Assembly: GCA_963815095.1 (NCBI GenBank)
Contig: CAWFFH010000003.1
Span: 352,001 to 416,000 of the forward strand
DNA length: 64,000 nucleotides
DNA from: Candidatus Bathyarchaeota archaeon
GTDB taxonomy: Archaea; Thermoproteota; Bathyarchaeia; Bathyarchaeales; Bathycorpusculaceae
Reading direction: 5' to 3'
In this document: piece by piece, positions 39,804 through 49,401 of the stretch
Numbering within the stretch: the stretch's first letter is position 1
How the letters are laid out: the number at the start of each line of letters is the position of its first letter
Translations under genes and position numbers: made by a program
The notes under the pieces: model-generated
Databases searched by the model: none
Told to the model about the DNA's origin: nothing
What the model saw: only the letters and a program-made list of their open reading frames with translations

Positions 39804-40298
39804 TTAAGGGTTAACTTGTGCGCTTTTTGTTGCGCGAGTATAAACGTTTGATGATGCGCCTGCAACTAAAGCACCTATAGCATCGTTTGTTAAAGACCCC
39901 AATGTCTTTAGAATTCCTGGTTTGGCTTGGTCAAAGCGTACATACTCAAAGACTCCTCTGGTTCCGCCGATGTAGGTGGCTATTGCCAACCCCAAGATTT
40001 CGTCTGCGACAGGTCCAGGTCTTCCTCTAAATCTTTCTTGTGTCAATCCAGGAATTAGTCCCTTTTCTGCTTGTTCTTGCACAGAAAAAGCAGCAACTTC
40101 CAGCATAGAGACATTAACGTCAGATAGGATGTCAAGTAATTCTTCTTTGAGCATTTCTGTGGCTTTTTCTTCGGTTTCGATTCCTGGGTGGGGAACGTAC
40201 ATTTCGAGGGCGCAGTCGATTAGGCTTTGTAGAGTGATGCCTTTGTCTTCGAGGTAAATTAGTAGAGGTGGAGGAGTTGATTTGTTCATTTGGTTCAA
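39804..40298 (-). CDS. cobZ: Alpha-ribazole phosphatase CobZ (PgpA fold)
   Basis: LSDVNV, ADEILG..IATYIGG..FEYVRFD..KPGIL..DAIGAL. Confidence 0.8.
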   Translation of the reverse strand: MNQMNKSTPPPLLIYLEDKGITLQSLIDCALEMYVPHPGIETEEKATEMLKEELLDILSDVNVSMLEVAAFSVQEQAEKGLIPGLTQERFRGRPGPVADEILGLAIATYIGGTRGVFEYVRFDQAKPGILKTLGSLTNDAIGALVAGASSNVYTRATKSAQVNP

Positions 40299-40586
40299 CC
40301 TTCTTTTTTAAGAGCAGAGTTTGTTTTAAGTGTTGTGAAGGGTTTCACCTTAACAATTATATGAAAAGAATGGATAAACCAACAAAGCAATTAGATTGAT
40401 GATTTGCTGAACATTAAGTAAAATGTCAATATTTCGTTAAAAGTTTTAGTAGTTGACGGATTAAGCTATTGTTTGCACAGTTAATGGGCAGTTTTTTATA
40501 CAAGTGTATCCACAGTAAATAAATACATGTTCGCCCCAAACCAATAAAATAACAAATTGTGGGTGAACCCCCTAGGAGGAAAATTT

Positions 40587-41261
40587 ATGAAAGTTGTTGC
40601 TTCATGGAGCGGCGGAAAAGACAGCGCCTACGCATATTACTTGGCAACCCAACATGACCACCAAGTCATAAACCTACTCACTATGATGATGAATAAATCT
40701 AAATCAAACTTCCACATGATACCCTCAGGCATCCTCGATGCCCAGGCACAAGCAATAGGGATCCCCCTCATTAAAAAGACCACATCAGCGGCAACCTACG
40801 AAAAAGACTTCAAAGCCGTACTGACACAATGCAAAACTCAGGGCGCAGAAGGCTTAGTCACAGGCGACATCTACGAAGTCGCTGGACACGAAGAAGGCTG
40901 GCTTGGACGCATCTGCAAAGAAGTTGGATTAACCCCCGTCAAGCCCCTATGGATGGGCGACACAAAATTAATCTATCTTGCCTACCTCAAAACCGGGTTT
41001 AGGGCAACTGTGGTACGTACCAACAGGGAGCTCAGTCTCGAGTGGCTCGGACGAGAGTTAGACCGCAAATTCTATGATGACATTCTAAAACTGCCCGGCG
41101 TAGATCCTTGCGGCGAAGGCGGCGAATATCACACTGTCATCACCGATGGACCTGACTTCAAACAGAAAGTCGAACTGCTTGAGACAGAAAAGAAACGCTT
41201 AGATAATGGCTTTGGATACTTAGAAATCAAGAATTACAAAGTAACCCCAAAGCAAGGCTGA
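40587..41261 (+). CDS. Diphthine-ammonia ligase (Dph6/MJ0570)-like ATP pyrophosphatase
   Basis: SWSGGKDS PP-loop, GDI, PLW, DPCGEGGEYHT; aggagg RBS before MKVV. Confidence 0.88.
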   Translation: MKVVASWSGGKDSAYAYYLATQHDHQVINLLTMMMNKSKSNFHMIPSGILDAQAQAIGIPLIKKTTSAATYEKDFKAVLTQCKTQGAEGLVTGDIYEVAGHEEGWLGRICKEVGLTPVKPLWMGDTKLIYLAYLKTGFRATVVRTNRELSLEWLGRELDRKFYDDILKLPGVDPCGEGGEYHTVITDGPDFKQKVELLETEKKRLDNGFGYLEIKNYKVTPKQG

Positions 41262-41265
41262 AAAC

Positions 41266-42354
41266 ATGGATGTACTAATAGCAAACAACGAATTAAAAGC
41301 AAAAGCCTTCCTCGACGAAATAGAAGGAAAAAAACCTCTCTTCATATGCACCATAGCAACCACCGAAACTGGGAAAATCCCCGGTTTATCGGCAGCTGGC
41401 GCAAACCCTGATTTTACGGATTTTACTCCCCCTGCCGACGCAGAACTTTTGCTTTTGGGAAAATGCAAATCTATCCAAGGCGTCCCAATAACTCCCGACG
41501 GTATTCCGACACCTGGGTTGATTACGATGTCGGCACTGCATTTAGCAGACATACCTGTGCTGGTTGTTAATGGTGGCGTGAAGGTTAAACCTCAAATTCC
41601 ATATATGGAGTTGGGTGGCAATAGTGGCAGAGACATCCGCACTGGAAATTCTGTTGATAATGTGGAAGAAGTTATCGAACGCGCCAAAGTAGTAGGTGAA
41701 CAATTAGCGAAAACAGCAGATTATCTTGTTATCGGCGAGAGCATTCCTGGCGGTACCACAACTGCTCTTGGTGTCTTATCTGCTTTAGGAGTTAACGCTC
41801 AAGGAAAAGTCAGCAGCACTTTGCCTGAAAACCCTCATAACTTGAAGGCAGAGGTTGTTGCGGCAGGTTTGAAAGCCGCGAACGAAAAATTTGGCAGCCT
41901 CAAGAAAAATCCGATAAAAGCGGTTTCCTGCGTTGGCGACCCCATGATGGCTGCTTTGGCTGGATTAGTTATTGGTGGGACTATGCAGGCGCCTGTTTTA
42001 ATGGCTGGTGGAACCCAAATGACCGCTGTTTTGGCAATAATTAATGCTTTAGAGCCCAAAGCACTCTGTAACGTGGCTATTGGCACAACCAGATGGGTTG
42101 CGAAAGACATGAAATCCGACATATGCGGCATCGTCAAGCAGTTTTGCGATGTCCCCGTGTTGGCGGCAGACTTAGATTTTGGTCCATCAAAATATCCTGG
42201 CTTAAGAATTTACGAGACTGGGCTTGTTAAAGAAGGCGTAGGTGCTGGCGGTGCATCAATTGCAGCGATGGCAAAGCTTGGCGGCGCTGTTACAAAGGAT
42301 ATACTTCTTAAGGAAATAGAGCGTAATTATGCTCTACTGATGGGCATAAAGTGA
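41266..42354 (+). CDS. cobT: Archaeal CobT (nicotinate-mononucleotide:base phosphoribosyltransferase)
   Basis: TETGKIPGLSAAG, PTP, GESIPGGTTTA, AGGTQM, KEGVGAGG. Confidence 0.9.
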   Translation: MDVLIANNELKAKAFLDEIEGKKPLFICTIATTETGKIPGLSAAGANPDFTDFTPPADAELLLLGKCKSIQGVPITPDGIPTPGLITMSALHLADIPVLVVNGGVKVKPQIPYMELGGNSGRDIRTGNSVDNVEEVIERAKVVGEQLAKTADYLVIGESIPGGTTTALGVLSALGVNAQGKVSSTLPENPHNLKAEVVAAGLKAANEKFGSLKKNPIKAVSCVGDPMMAALAGLVIGGTMQAPVLMAGGTQMTAVLAIINALEPKALCNVAIGTTRWVAKDMKSDICGIVKQFCDVPVLAADLDFGPSKYPGLRIYETGLVKEGVGAGGASIAAMAKLGGAVTKDILLKEIERNYALLMGIK

Positions 42355-42361
42355 CTCGCGC

Positions 42362-43114
42362 TTGGTCGTTAAACAACTAAAAAATCTCTTATCTTTCTTG
42401 ACCGTTTTTCCAGTCGCTATGGACAAAGATTTGCTGACTGACTGTGCCCGAAACATGTGGGCTTTCCCTTTGATCGGCGCCTTTCTTGGGGTAATTGCAG
42501 GCTTATTTGGGATTGCTGCTTTTCATTTCTTGCCAGGCATTGTTGCGGGTGCTTTGGTTTTTGCGTTACTTTTATGGATGACTGGGCTGCACCACACCGA
42601 TGGGTTGCTGGATTTTGGGGACGGCGTCATGGCGCATGGCACGCCAGAGCACAAAATTGATGTTATGCATGACCAGTTGACAGGCGCAGGCGGATTATCA
42701 CTTGGTATCTTGACCATGCTTATTACCGCGTTAGCGATAGGGCAACTAAACGTTCGTCTTGTTCTTCCTGCAATCGTTGTAGTTGAGCTTTCTGCTAAAC
42801 TTTCCATGGTTATAGCTGCAAGAGCAGGAAAATCGGTGCATCAGGGCATGAATTCGCCGTTTTTGGAAGCCATGCATGGACGAGACGGTAATGTCCGTTT
42901 GGCGGTTGCATTGATAATTTCCTTTGTTATAGGCTTGGTTTTCCTTAAAGGCGCAGGAATCTTCGTGGTCTCAGCATCTGTAATCACTGGTTTAGTCATG
43001 GTTGCAGTGGCATATAAACACTTTAAAGGTGTTACAGGCGACGTTTTTGGCGCAACCAACGAGTTATCGCGTCTGGTTTGTGTGGTTGTTTTAGTGGCGG
43101 TGATTATACGGTAA
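42362..43114 (+). CDS. cobS: Cobamide synthase CobS, canonical copy 2
   Basis: GLHHTDGLLDFGDG, VMHD..GAGG, GVTGDVFGA. Confidence 0.9.
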   Translation: MVVKQLKNLLSFLTVFPVAMDKDLLTDCARNMWAFPLIGAFLGVIAGLFGIAAFHFLPGIVAGALVFALLLWMTGLHHTDGLLDFGDGVMAHGTPEHKIDVMHDQLTGAGGLSLGILTMLITALAIGQLNVRLVLPAIVVVELSAKLSMVIAARAGKSVHQGMNSPFLEAMHGRDGNVRLAVALIISFVIGLVFLKGAGIFVVSASVITGLVMVAVAYKHFKGVTGDVFGATNELSRLVCVVVLVAVIIR

Positions 43115-43722
43115 TTGCGTTGGTTATGGCTGGCGGAAAAGGCACCCGCATGAAACTTGCTCAAGAAAAACCGCTGATTGAAGTTTGCGGCAAACCCGTC
43201 ATCGAATACGTACTCTCAGCGCTAAAGGATGCCAAAAAAATTGATACTGTTATCGTTGCTACCTCCAGTTGCACACCCAAAACAACCCAGTTAATCAAGA
43301 AACTTGGTGTAAAATTCATCCAAACTCCTGGCAAAGACTACGTTTCTGACATGGGCTACACCGTTCAAAACCTCAAATTGGGCGTTTTCTTAGCCATAGC
43401 CGCCGATTTGCCGCTAGTAAGGGGTGAAATGATTGATGCCGTGGTTGAACGTTATGAGCGTTGCGGCAAACCTGCGTTGACTGTGGCGGTGCCTCTGGAA
43501 ATCAAAGCTAAACTTGGCATGTGCATTGAATACTCTTTCAAAGCTGACGACAAAGATGTTGTGCCGGTCGGAATCAACGTTATTGATGGGCATAAACGGT
43601 ATGGCGACGAGTGGCTCGACCAAGACATTTTGATAATGAATAACGAAGAATTAGCAGTTAATATCAACACAGTGCAGGAACTCCAACTTGCAGAACGATT
43701 ATTAAATAGTAAAAAATCCTGA
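43078..43722 (+). CDS. cobY: Adenosylcobinamide-phosphate guanylyltransferase CobY, copy 2
   Basis: ALVMAGGKGTRM..EKPL, TPGKDYVSD, ADLP, NINT; true start probably about 30 nt downstream. Confidence 0.88.
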   Translation: MCGCFSGGDYTVIALVMAGGKGTRMKLAQEKPLIEVCGKPVIEYVLSALKDAKKIDTVIVATSSCTPKTTQLIKKLGVKFIQTPGKDYVSDMGYTVQNLKLGVFLAIAADLPLVRGEMIDAVVERYERCGKPALTVAVPLEIKAKLGMCIEYSFKADDKDVVPVGINVIDGHKRYGDEWLDQDILIMNNEELAVNINTVQELQLAERLLNSKKS

Positions 43723-43801
43723 TGTCGCCTATTGGGTTAATGAAACACCCAAAGAAATCAGAATGTATTTGGGTTTAGCTTAGTAGATTCAACTGTTGAT
43801 T

Positions 43802-43913
43802 TGCAGAATCACGTTGTAACAGCATCAGCAACTTCTCGGGTGCCCCCGTAACTTTTTGTCTTTGATTGTTGTTGCAACCGCTCTACAGAATACAGGTGCA
43901 ACAACAACTTCTC
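43802..43913. repeat. Dispersed intergenic repeat, copy B (contains an 11-bp hairpin)
   Basis: Homologous to 303-415; ttgttgttgca (43866-43876) pairs with tgcaacaacaa (43897-43907). Confidence 0.8.
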
Positions 43914-43999
43914 TTCAAAATTTACCCAAGACTACCGATAACCACAAACCAATATCAACATACTAATAACCAAAGAAAACAGGTTCGTTCTTCTAGAGT

Positions 44000-44872
44000 T
44001 TAGCTTCGTTGCTTGCTTTCCTGAACCTCGTTGAGGGTTGCTTTCATTTTTCTTGCGTCTACATCAAGAAACGGCGATTCGCAAATCATTGTTGGATGCA
44101 GCCCAAAATCGACAATCACTTCGGCGAGCATTCGAAATTCTGGTCCATACCGGTCTTCGTCGAGGGTGAGGTGGCGTTTTTCTCCTTGGCTGCTGAACTC
44201 GATTTTTGAGAAGTGGCAATGCATGCTCCGGAGAGCTTCGGTTCCCAGTTGTGCTTCAACTTTTTCTGCTATTATGCGGAAGTCTTCGACTTTCTTTAGG
44301 GTTCCTTGGTGTAGAGCGTGTAGATGTCCCCAGTCAATAACGAGTTGTGTGCCTTCAACTTCTTGATTGATTGTGAGAATTTCGTCAATGGTGCCAACTT
44401 GAAATTTCCGCCCCATAGTTTCTGGTCCAAGTTTCACTTTCAAACCAAGACTCTTCATTTCTGCGCTGATTTCTTTTAGTGCTATTAGGGCGTTTTGGAA
44501 AGCAAAACTCTTCTCCACCTTGCCGTAAAAGCCCGTATGAAAAACCACAACATAAGCGCCCATCCAATCAGCAGCCGTTACGCATGCAATTAAGCGCCTT
44601 TTGCTGGCCTCAACGGTTTCCTTCTTTCCAGACAAATTCACAAAATAGGACCCATGCATACTGAGTTTAACATCGTTTTTTCTGGCTTCTTCGCCAAGTT
44701 TTTGAGCGTCTTCCAGTTTCATCTGAGGTTTAGGTCCCCAACGAGATGCCTGGTACTCAAAAGCGTCCAGTCCTTCCTCATGCAGAAGTTTTGGGACGTC
44801 TGCTATGGTTGCTCCAAGAAGCCTGAACATGGGTGGAACCCCTGCTGGACCAAAACGAGTACGCTCAGTCAT
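44000..44872 (-). CDS. Endonuclease IV-like TIM barrel protein
   Basis: RFGPAG, SMHGSYFVNL, GPETMG, IDWGHLHA, HCHFS, ICESP. Confidence 0.88.
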   Translation of the reverse strand: MTERTRFGPAGVPPMFRLLGATIADVPKLLHEEGLDAFEYQASRWGPKPQMKLEDAQKLGEEARKNDVKLSMHGSYFVNLSGKKETVEASKRRLIACVTAADWMGAYVVVFHTGFYGKVEKSFAFQNALIALKEISAEMKSLGLKVKLGPETMGRKFQVGTIDEILTINQEVEGTQLVIDWGHLHALHQGTLKKVEDFRIIAEKVEAQLGTEALRSMHCHFSKIEFSSQGEKRHLTLDEDRYGPEFRMLAEVIVDFGLHPTMICESPFLDVDARKMKATLNEVQESKQRS

Positions 44873-44885
44873 GTAATCTTTATCC

Positions 44886-45242
44886 TTAAGTTATTATTCT
44901 GATTTTTTTCTTTGAAATAATCAAAAGCTTGTTTTTTACTGTTTTCAAATCTATTTTTTGTTGCGATACCTCAAGCGTCTCTATGATATTTGAGCTTGTA
45001 GCTGGTTTAGCCTTTATGATTATAATGGTTAATGGCTCCTTCTTTAGAATACGGTAAATCTGGGAAAAATGATTATCCAATGTCAAAATTGTAAGATTAT
45101 TTTTCACTGCATATTCCGCTAAGTCGAGTTCTTTGGCGCTTTTAAGATGAGCTCGCTCAACGCTAGTTAAGTCAAAGCCTCTGTTAAGCAGCCATACCCT
45201 AACGCTTCTTGGAATGTTCTCATCGATAAATATGCCCGGCAA
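44886..45242 (-). CDS. DUF5615 PIN-like toxin
   Basis: FIDENIP, ILTLD.HF; paired with DUF433. Confidence 0.8.
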   Translation of the reverse strand: MPGIFIDENIPRSVRVWLLNRGFDLTSVERAHLKSAKELDLAEYAVKNNLTILTLDNHFSQIYRILKKEPLTIIIIKAKPATSSNIIETLEVSQQKIDLKTVKNKLLIISKKKIRIIT

Positions 45243-45255
45243 TGGCCAAAACCAT

Positions 45256-45483
45256 TCAGAGGTTAATTATTTCTTCGTTCTCTACACATTTTGAAGCGAA
45301 AAGAAGTGCAGCTTTGATGTCTTCTTCAGTGAGGACAGGATATTCCTGGAGAACTTCTTTTTCTGTCAAACCGTTGCCAAGGAGTTCAATGATAAGATAA
45401 ACTGGAATGCGAGTGCCTTTTATTACTGGTTTACCACCCAGAATTTCATGATCAATCATTATTCTATCCATAAACTCTTCCAT
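45256..45483 (-). CDS. DUF433 antitoxin
   Basis: ILGGKPVIKGTRIPV..YP.LTEEDIKAAL. Confidence 0.9.
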   Translation of the reverse strand: MEEFMDRIMIDHEILGGKPVIKGTRIPVYLIIELLGNGLTEKEVLQEYPVLTEEDIKAALLFASKCVENEEIINL

Positions 45484-45604
45484 GCATTCACTCCACCTAA
45501 CATTCCATTTACAGTACTAACTGCATAACCTTAAATATATTATAATTGTCTTCCAAAAACGCTTTACGGGTTCCTCATTGCAACGAAAGCAGGCCCATTC
45601 ACGA

Positions 45605-46387
45605 TTATATCAAGCTGGTTATTGTCGGAACCGACACGTAGAAGTGGATATAAACTGCTGTTACCAGAATTCCGACAGTAATTGCCAATAATGCATAGTC
45701 GCCTTTGTGCAACTTGAGCAAGTAAAGGTTTGTGCGTTTTTTTGTGGCTCCCCAAGCACGGGATTCCATCGCCTCAGCCAACTCCAGGCTCCTTCGGATG
45801 GCACTGACAATTAACGGGATAAGCACGGGCACGTAGTTTCTGATTCTTTTGAGCAATCCACCTTTCTCGAGTTCTAATCCTCGGGCTTTTTGAGCATCCA
45901 TTATTGTTTGGGCTTCCTCTGCTAAAACGGGGACAAATCGCACTGCCGTCGTGAACGCGAAGGCGAATTCGTAGGGCACGCGGGATTCCTCAAGGGCTAA
46001 GCCTAAGTGGTCGGGTGAAGTAGTTAAGAAGAAAACTGAGAAGGACTCAACAAGCACGACAAACCGCAAAGTCATAGCAGCTGCGCTTTCCACGTTAGGA
46101 GCTGTTAAGTGGTATCCTGAAGTGAAAAACGTCGTTCCAACGTTAATAACGAAAATGAATGTTGCCAGAAATGCTGCGCCACGCAAAGAACGCAACCACT
46201 GACGCTGAACACGGGCCAACAATACAAAGGGAATCTGCATAAAAAATAAAATCATGAGCGGAATAATCTGGAAAAAAAGAATAGCAACCACAAATATAGC
46301 GATGACGTAGACGAATTTTATTCTAGGGTCTAGATTGTGAATTGGAGAGCGGACTTTTCTGAACCTTAAGCCGTCAAAAACGCTCAT
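45605..46387 (-). CDS. ecfT: ECF transporter T component
   Basis: LDPRIK, RFVP, AQKARG, AMESRAW. Confidence 0.93.
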   Translation of the reverse strand: MSVFDGLRFRKVRSPIHNLDPRIKFVYVIAIFVVAILFFQIIPLMILFFMQIPFVLLARVQRQWLRSLRGAAFLATFIFVINVGTTFFTSGYHLTAPNVESAAAMTLRFVVLVESFSVFFLTTSPDHLGLALEESRVPYEFAFAFTTAVRFVPVLAEEAQTIMDAQKARGLELEKGGLLKRIRNYVPVLIPLIVSAIRRSLELAEAMESRAWGATKKRTNLYLLKLHKGDYALLAITVGILVTAVYIHFYVSVPTITSLI

Positions 46388-46388
46388 T

Positions 46389-47210
46389 TTAACCTTTGCG
46401 CTCCTTGGCTTTTAGGATGAGTGCTTTGGCTTCGTAAATGTCAATAACGTCTTTTGGAAAACCCAGAGGTGCCAACTTCGTGAAAACCTGTGCAATCTGG
46501 GGCAAAACAATAGAAGACAACTGTAGCAAGGCGGGGTCAGTGAGGATTTCTTTTCCTTCTCCGTCAGCAACGATTTTGCCCTCTTTCATCAACACCACTC
46601 TTGGGTTGCATTCTGCCACAAACTCGACATCATGCGTAACCGTAACCACCGTTTTGCCCTGTGTCTGCATCTGAATAATGAACTGACGCAGTCTCTCCTT
46701 TTGTTCATGATCCTGCCCAATGGTGGGTTCATCCAAAATCAAAGTTGATGGGTTCCAGGCCAAAACAGAAGCCAACGCCACACGCTTTCGTTCCCCGCCG
46801 CTAAGAAGGAAAGGCGAGGTTTTACGGTACTGAGTTAATGATAAAAGATTCAGAGCCCAAGTAACCCGCTCCTCGATGACTTCTGTGGTGAAACCGAAGT
46901 TTTTGAGAGCAAACGCAATTTCATCTTCGACAGTTTCGCTGAAGAGTTGATGGTCAGGATTCTGGAAGACAAAGCCGACGTTTCGAGCTAAGGCTGCTAC
47001 GCTTGACTTCGTGGTTTCAACGCCGTCCACAAGAACCTTGCCCTGTGAAGGCTTCAACAATCCATTAAAGTGTTTGACGAGAGTGGATTTTCCCGCACCG
47101 TTCTGCCCCATTATGGCGACGAATTCGCCGTCTTTTATGGTTAAGGAGATTCCTTTTAGGGCTTCAACTTTGTTTGGATAAGCGTAACGGATGTCCTGAG
47201 TTTCAATCAT
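46389..47210 (-). CDS. ecfA2: ECF transporter ATPase
   Basis: GQNGAGKS, FQNPDHQLF, LSGGE, DEPT. Confidence 0.93.
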   Translation of the reverse strand: MIETQDIRYAYPNKVEALKGISLTIKDGEFVAIMGQNGAGKSTLVKHFNGLLKPSQGKVLVDGVETTKSSVAALARNVGFVFQNPDHQLFSETVEDEIAFALKNFGFTTEVIEERVTWALNLLSLTQYRKTSPFLLSGGERKRVALASVLAWNPSTLILDEPTIGQDHEQKERLRQFIIQMQTQGKTVVTVTHDVEFVAECNPRVVLMKEGKIVADGEGKEILTDPALLQLSSIVLPQIAQVFTKLAPLGFPKDVIDIYEAKALILKAKERKG

Positions 47211-48058
47211 TGGGGCTTTAGCTCCTCCAACAGTAGGTCAGCCAATTCCTCAGATGACAGCGGGGTTTTGTCGCCTAATTGTAATCCTTCTTTTTTCAGC
47301 ATCTGGTAGAGTAGTGTGGCTTTTGGGATTCCGACACCGATTAACCGTGTCTCTTCGCTGTTGAGGATTTGTCTTGGGTCGCCTTCAAAGCGGACTTTTC
47401 CTTCATCCATAACTATCAGGTGGTTTGTGTATTTCGCCGTCAAATCCAACCGGTGCTCCACAAGGATGACTGTGATTCCCTGTTCCTTGTTTAGTTTGTA
47501 GATTACTTCAAAAATCTTCTCGGCACTCAACGGGTCAAGAAACGACGTGGGTTCGTCTAAAACGATGACTTCTGGTTCCATTGCTAAAACCGATGCAATC
47601 GCCACTCGCTGCTGTTGACCCCCAGAGATTTCGTGAGGTGAACGTTCGCGTATATCATAGATGCCTGTTTGGTTGAGTGCCCAATCGACTTTTCTACGCA
47701 TTTCCTCTCGTGGGACTCCGTTGTTTTCTAAGCCGAAAGCAACGTCTTTTTCGATGGATAAAGCAAATAATTGGTTTTCAGGATTCTGAAAAACTAACCC
47801 AACATGTTTTGCCATCTCGTAAGTATGGTGCTTTAGAGTGTCGATTCCAGCAACCATAATTTCGCCTTTCAATTCTCCCTGATAAAAATGAGGCACCAAC
47901 CCGTTGAAGGTTCGACACAAAGTTGTTTTTCCGCAGCCACTTGGACCTGTAATTAAAACAAACTCACCCTTCTCTACCTTAATCGAAACATCCACAATTG
48001 ACGGTTTTGTGGCGCCTGGATAGGTATAGGTGAGGTTTTTCGTTTCAATTATGGCCAT
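47207..48058 (-). CDS. ecfA1: ECF transporter ATPase
   Basis: GPSGCGKT, FQNPENQ, SGGQQQR, DEPT. Confidence 0.93.
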   Translation of the reverse strand: MAIIETKNLTYTYPGATKPSIVDVSIKVEKGEFVLITGPSGCGKTTLCRTFNGLVPHFYQGELKGEIMVAGIDTLKHHTYEMAKHVGLVFQNPENQLFALSIEKDVAFGLENNGVPREEMRRKVDWALNQTGIYDIRERSPHEISGGQQQRVAIASVLAMEPEVIVLDEPTSFLDPLSAEKIFEVIYKLNKEQGITVILVEHRLDLTAKYTNHLIVMDEGKVRFEGDPRQILNSEETRLIGVGIPKATLLYQMLKKEGLQLGDKTPLSSEELADLLLEELKPQ

Positions 48059-48109
48059 TTTTTTGTGCCTGCTAACCTTAAGCGTGAGAGTTTATTCATT
48101 TAAGCGTAG

Positions 48110-49105
48110 CTACGCAGTTTTGGCTATTTTCTTTTTTAGAAGAACAAGGCATTGTTTGAGTGCGTCTTTGATTTCTCCTTGGCCACTGACGCCTGAAGCC
48201 ATCGCATGGCCTCCGCCAACACCGCTCAAGAACTCGCCCAGCGGCGCTGCAATGTCAACTCCCAAATGAACACCTGCCAACTCATTAAACTGACGTGTAG
48301 AACGCAGGCTCAATTCAACTTTCCCATTCTTCTTCCCAGCAACAGCCGACATGTGTGCTCCCAAATCTACAAGAGCTTTGGCTGCAGGTGCCTGATAAGC
48401 ACTCACATGAGAAAGCGCAATTATCCAGCCTTCCACCTTCACGATTTTTGCCCGTTTACAAGCTTTGAGTTTTGCAACACGCTCGGAGGGGTCAATAGGC
48501 ATTGCAAATAGTGCCAGCGTTTGCTGGGCATCTATTCCTTTAACCACTAGCTTTGCAAGAATCTCAAAGGTCGGTGAATTAGCTAATGCAAAATGTCTGG
48601 TGTCAAAGGCTATGCCGACAAAGAGTGCTTTTGCTTCGTTGAGGTTTGGTTCGACTTCTGCTTGGCTGAAGAGCCGGTAGATTAATTCGCAGTTTGCGGC
48701 TGCTTTCTCATCTATCATGCAGAACTCGCAGGCCTGCATTGTTTCAGCGCTGGGAGCGTGGTGGTCGATAATTAATTTTGGCGAAGGGGACTTCTTTATT
48801 ACATCAGCCACTTCGTCGAGTTGCTCAATAGTATTCATGTCTAGGAGCACGATTGCTTCGGCAGATTCAATGTTGGGTTTAAGATTCACGGTTATAGGCA
48901 AATGCTCAAACAGTTGTTTTGCGGGTTTGTTGACGCCCTGTGGGCAGCCAATCTCGATTATTGAGTTGGGCAAAAACCTTTTCAGTAATCCCTGCAACGC
49001 GTATGCTGAACAAATCGCGTCAGCATCTGCACTTCGATGGCATAATAATAGAATAAACGAGGCTTGTTTTTCCTCTAAAAGCTGAATTAGTTCTTTGAAG
49101 CTCAT
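48110..49105 (-). CDS. DHH/DHHA1 phosphoesterase
   Basis: H..ADADA, IIDHH, DT, GGGHAMASG. Confidence 0.9.
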   Translation of the reverse strand: MSFKELIQLLEEKQASFILLLCHRSADADAICSAYALQGLLKRFLPNSIIEIGCPQGVNKPAKQLFEHLPITVNLKPNIESAEAIVLLDMNTIEQLDEVADVIKKSPSPKLIIDHHAPSAETMQACEFCMIDEKAAANCELIYRLFSQAEVEPNLNEAKALFVGIAFDTRHFALANSPTFEILAKLVVKGIDAQQTLALFAMPIDPSERVAKLKACKRAKIVKVEGWIIALSHVSAYQAPAAKALVDLGAHMSAVAGKKNGKVELSLRSTRQFNELAGVHLGVDIAAPLGEFLSGVGGGHAMASGVSGQGEIKDALKQCLVLLKKKIAKTA

Positions 49106-49392
49106 TTCAGTTGTCTCAAAAAGTTTTCTGCAGCCTTATGCGCCTCTTTTACTGCTTCCTTAACCAAGGCGTCGGCATCAACATTTTTTGTTTGGGAGGC
49201 TAAAAGTAGGTTGATTTCTACTGTTACGTTTACGGGTTTGGTTCCGTCGGCTTCCACGCTGATATCTAATTGGTCCACGTCTTTGCTGGAAACTTTGGAT
49301 AGAACATATTTTCTGGCTGCGTCTTCAGCTGTTTGGCATAAAAGTTCGATTTGCTCGGTGGTTAGCTCTGGAAATCCGAGCTCACCCATCAA
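49102..49392 (-). CDS. DUF3194-like small protein
   Basis: LTTEQIE.L..AEDAARKYV; usual context between prefoldin beta and DHH genes. Confidence 0.75.
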   Translation of the reverse strand: MMGELGFPELTTEQIELLCQTAEDAARKYVLSKVSSKDVDQLDISVEADGTKPVNVTVEINLLLASQTKNVDADALVKEAVKEAHKAAENFLRQLK

Positions 49393-49401
49393 GCATCACC
49401 C

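Noticed and set aside
40299-40586. Possible cobalamin riboswitch before the cob operon
   Set aside because: AT-rich, with no recognisable B12 box or GC-rich stems.
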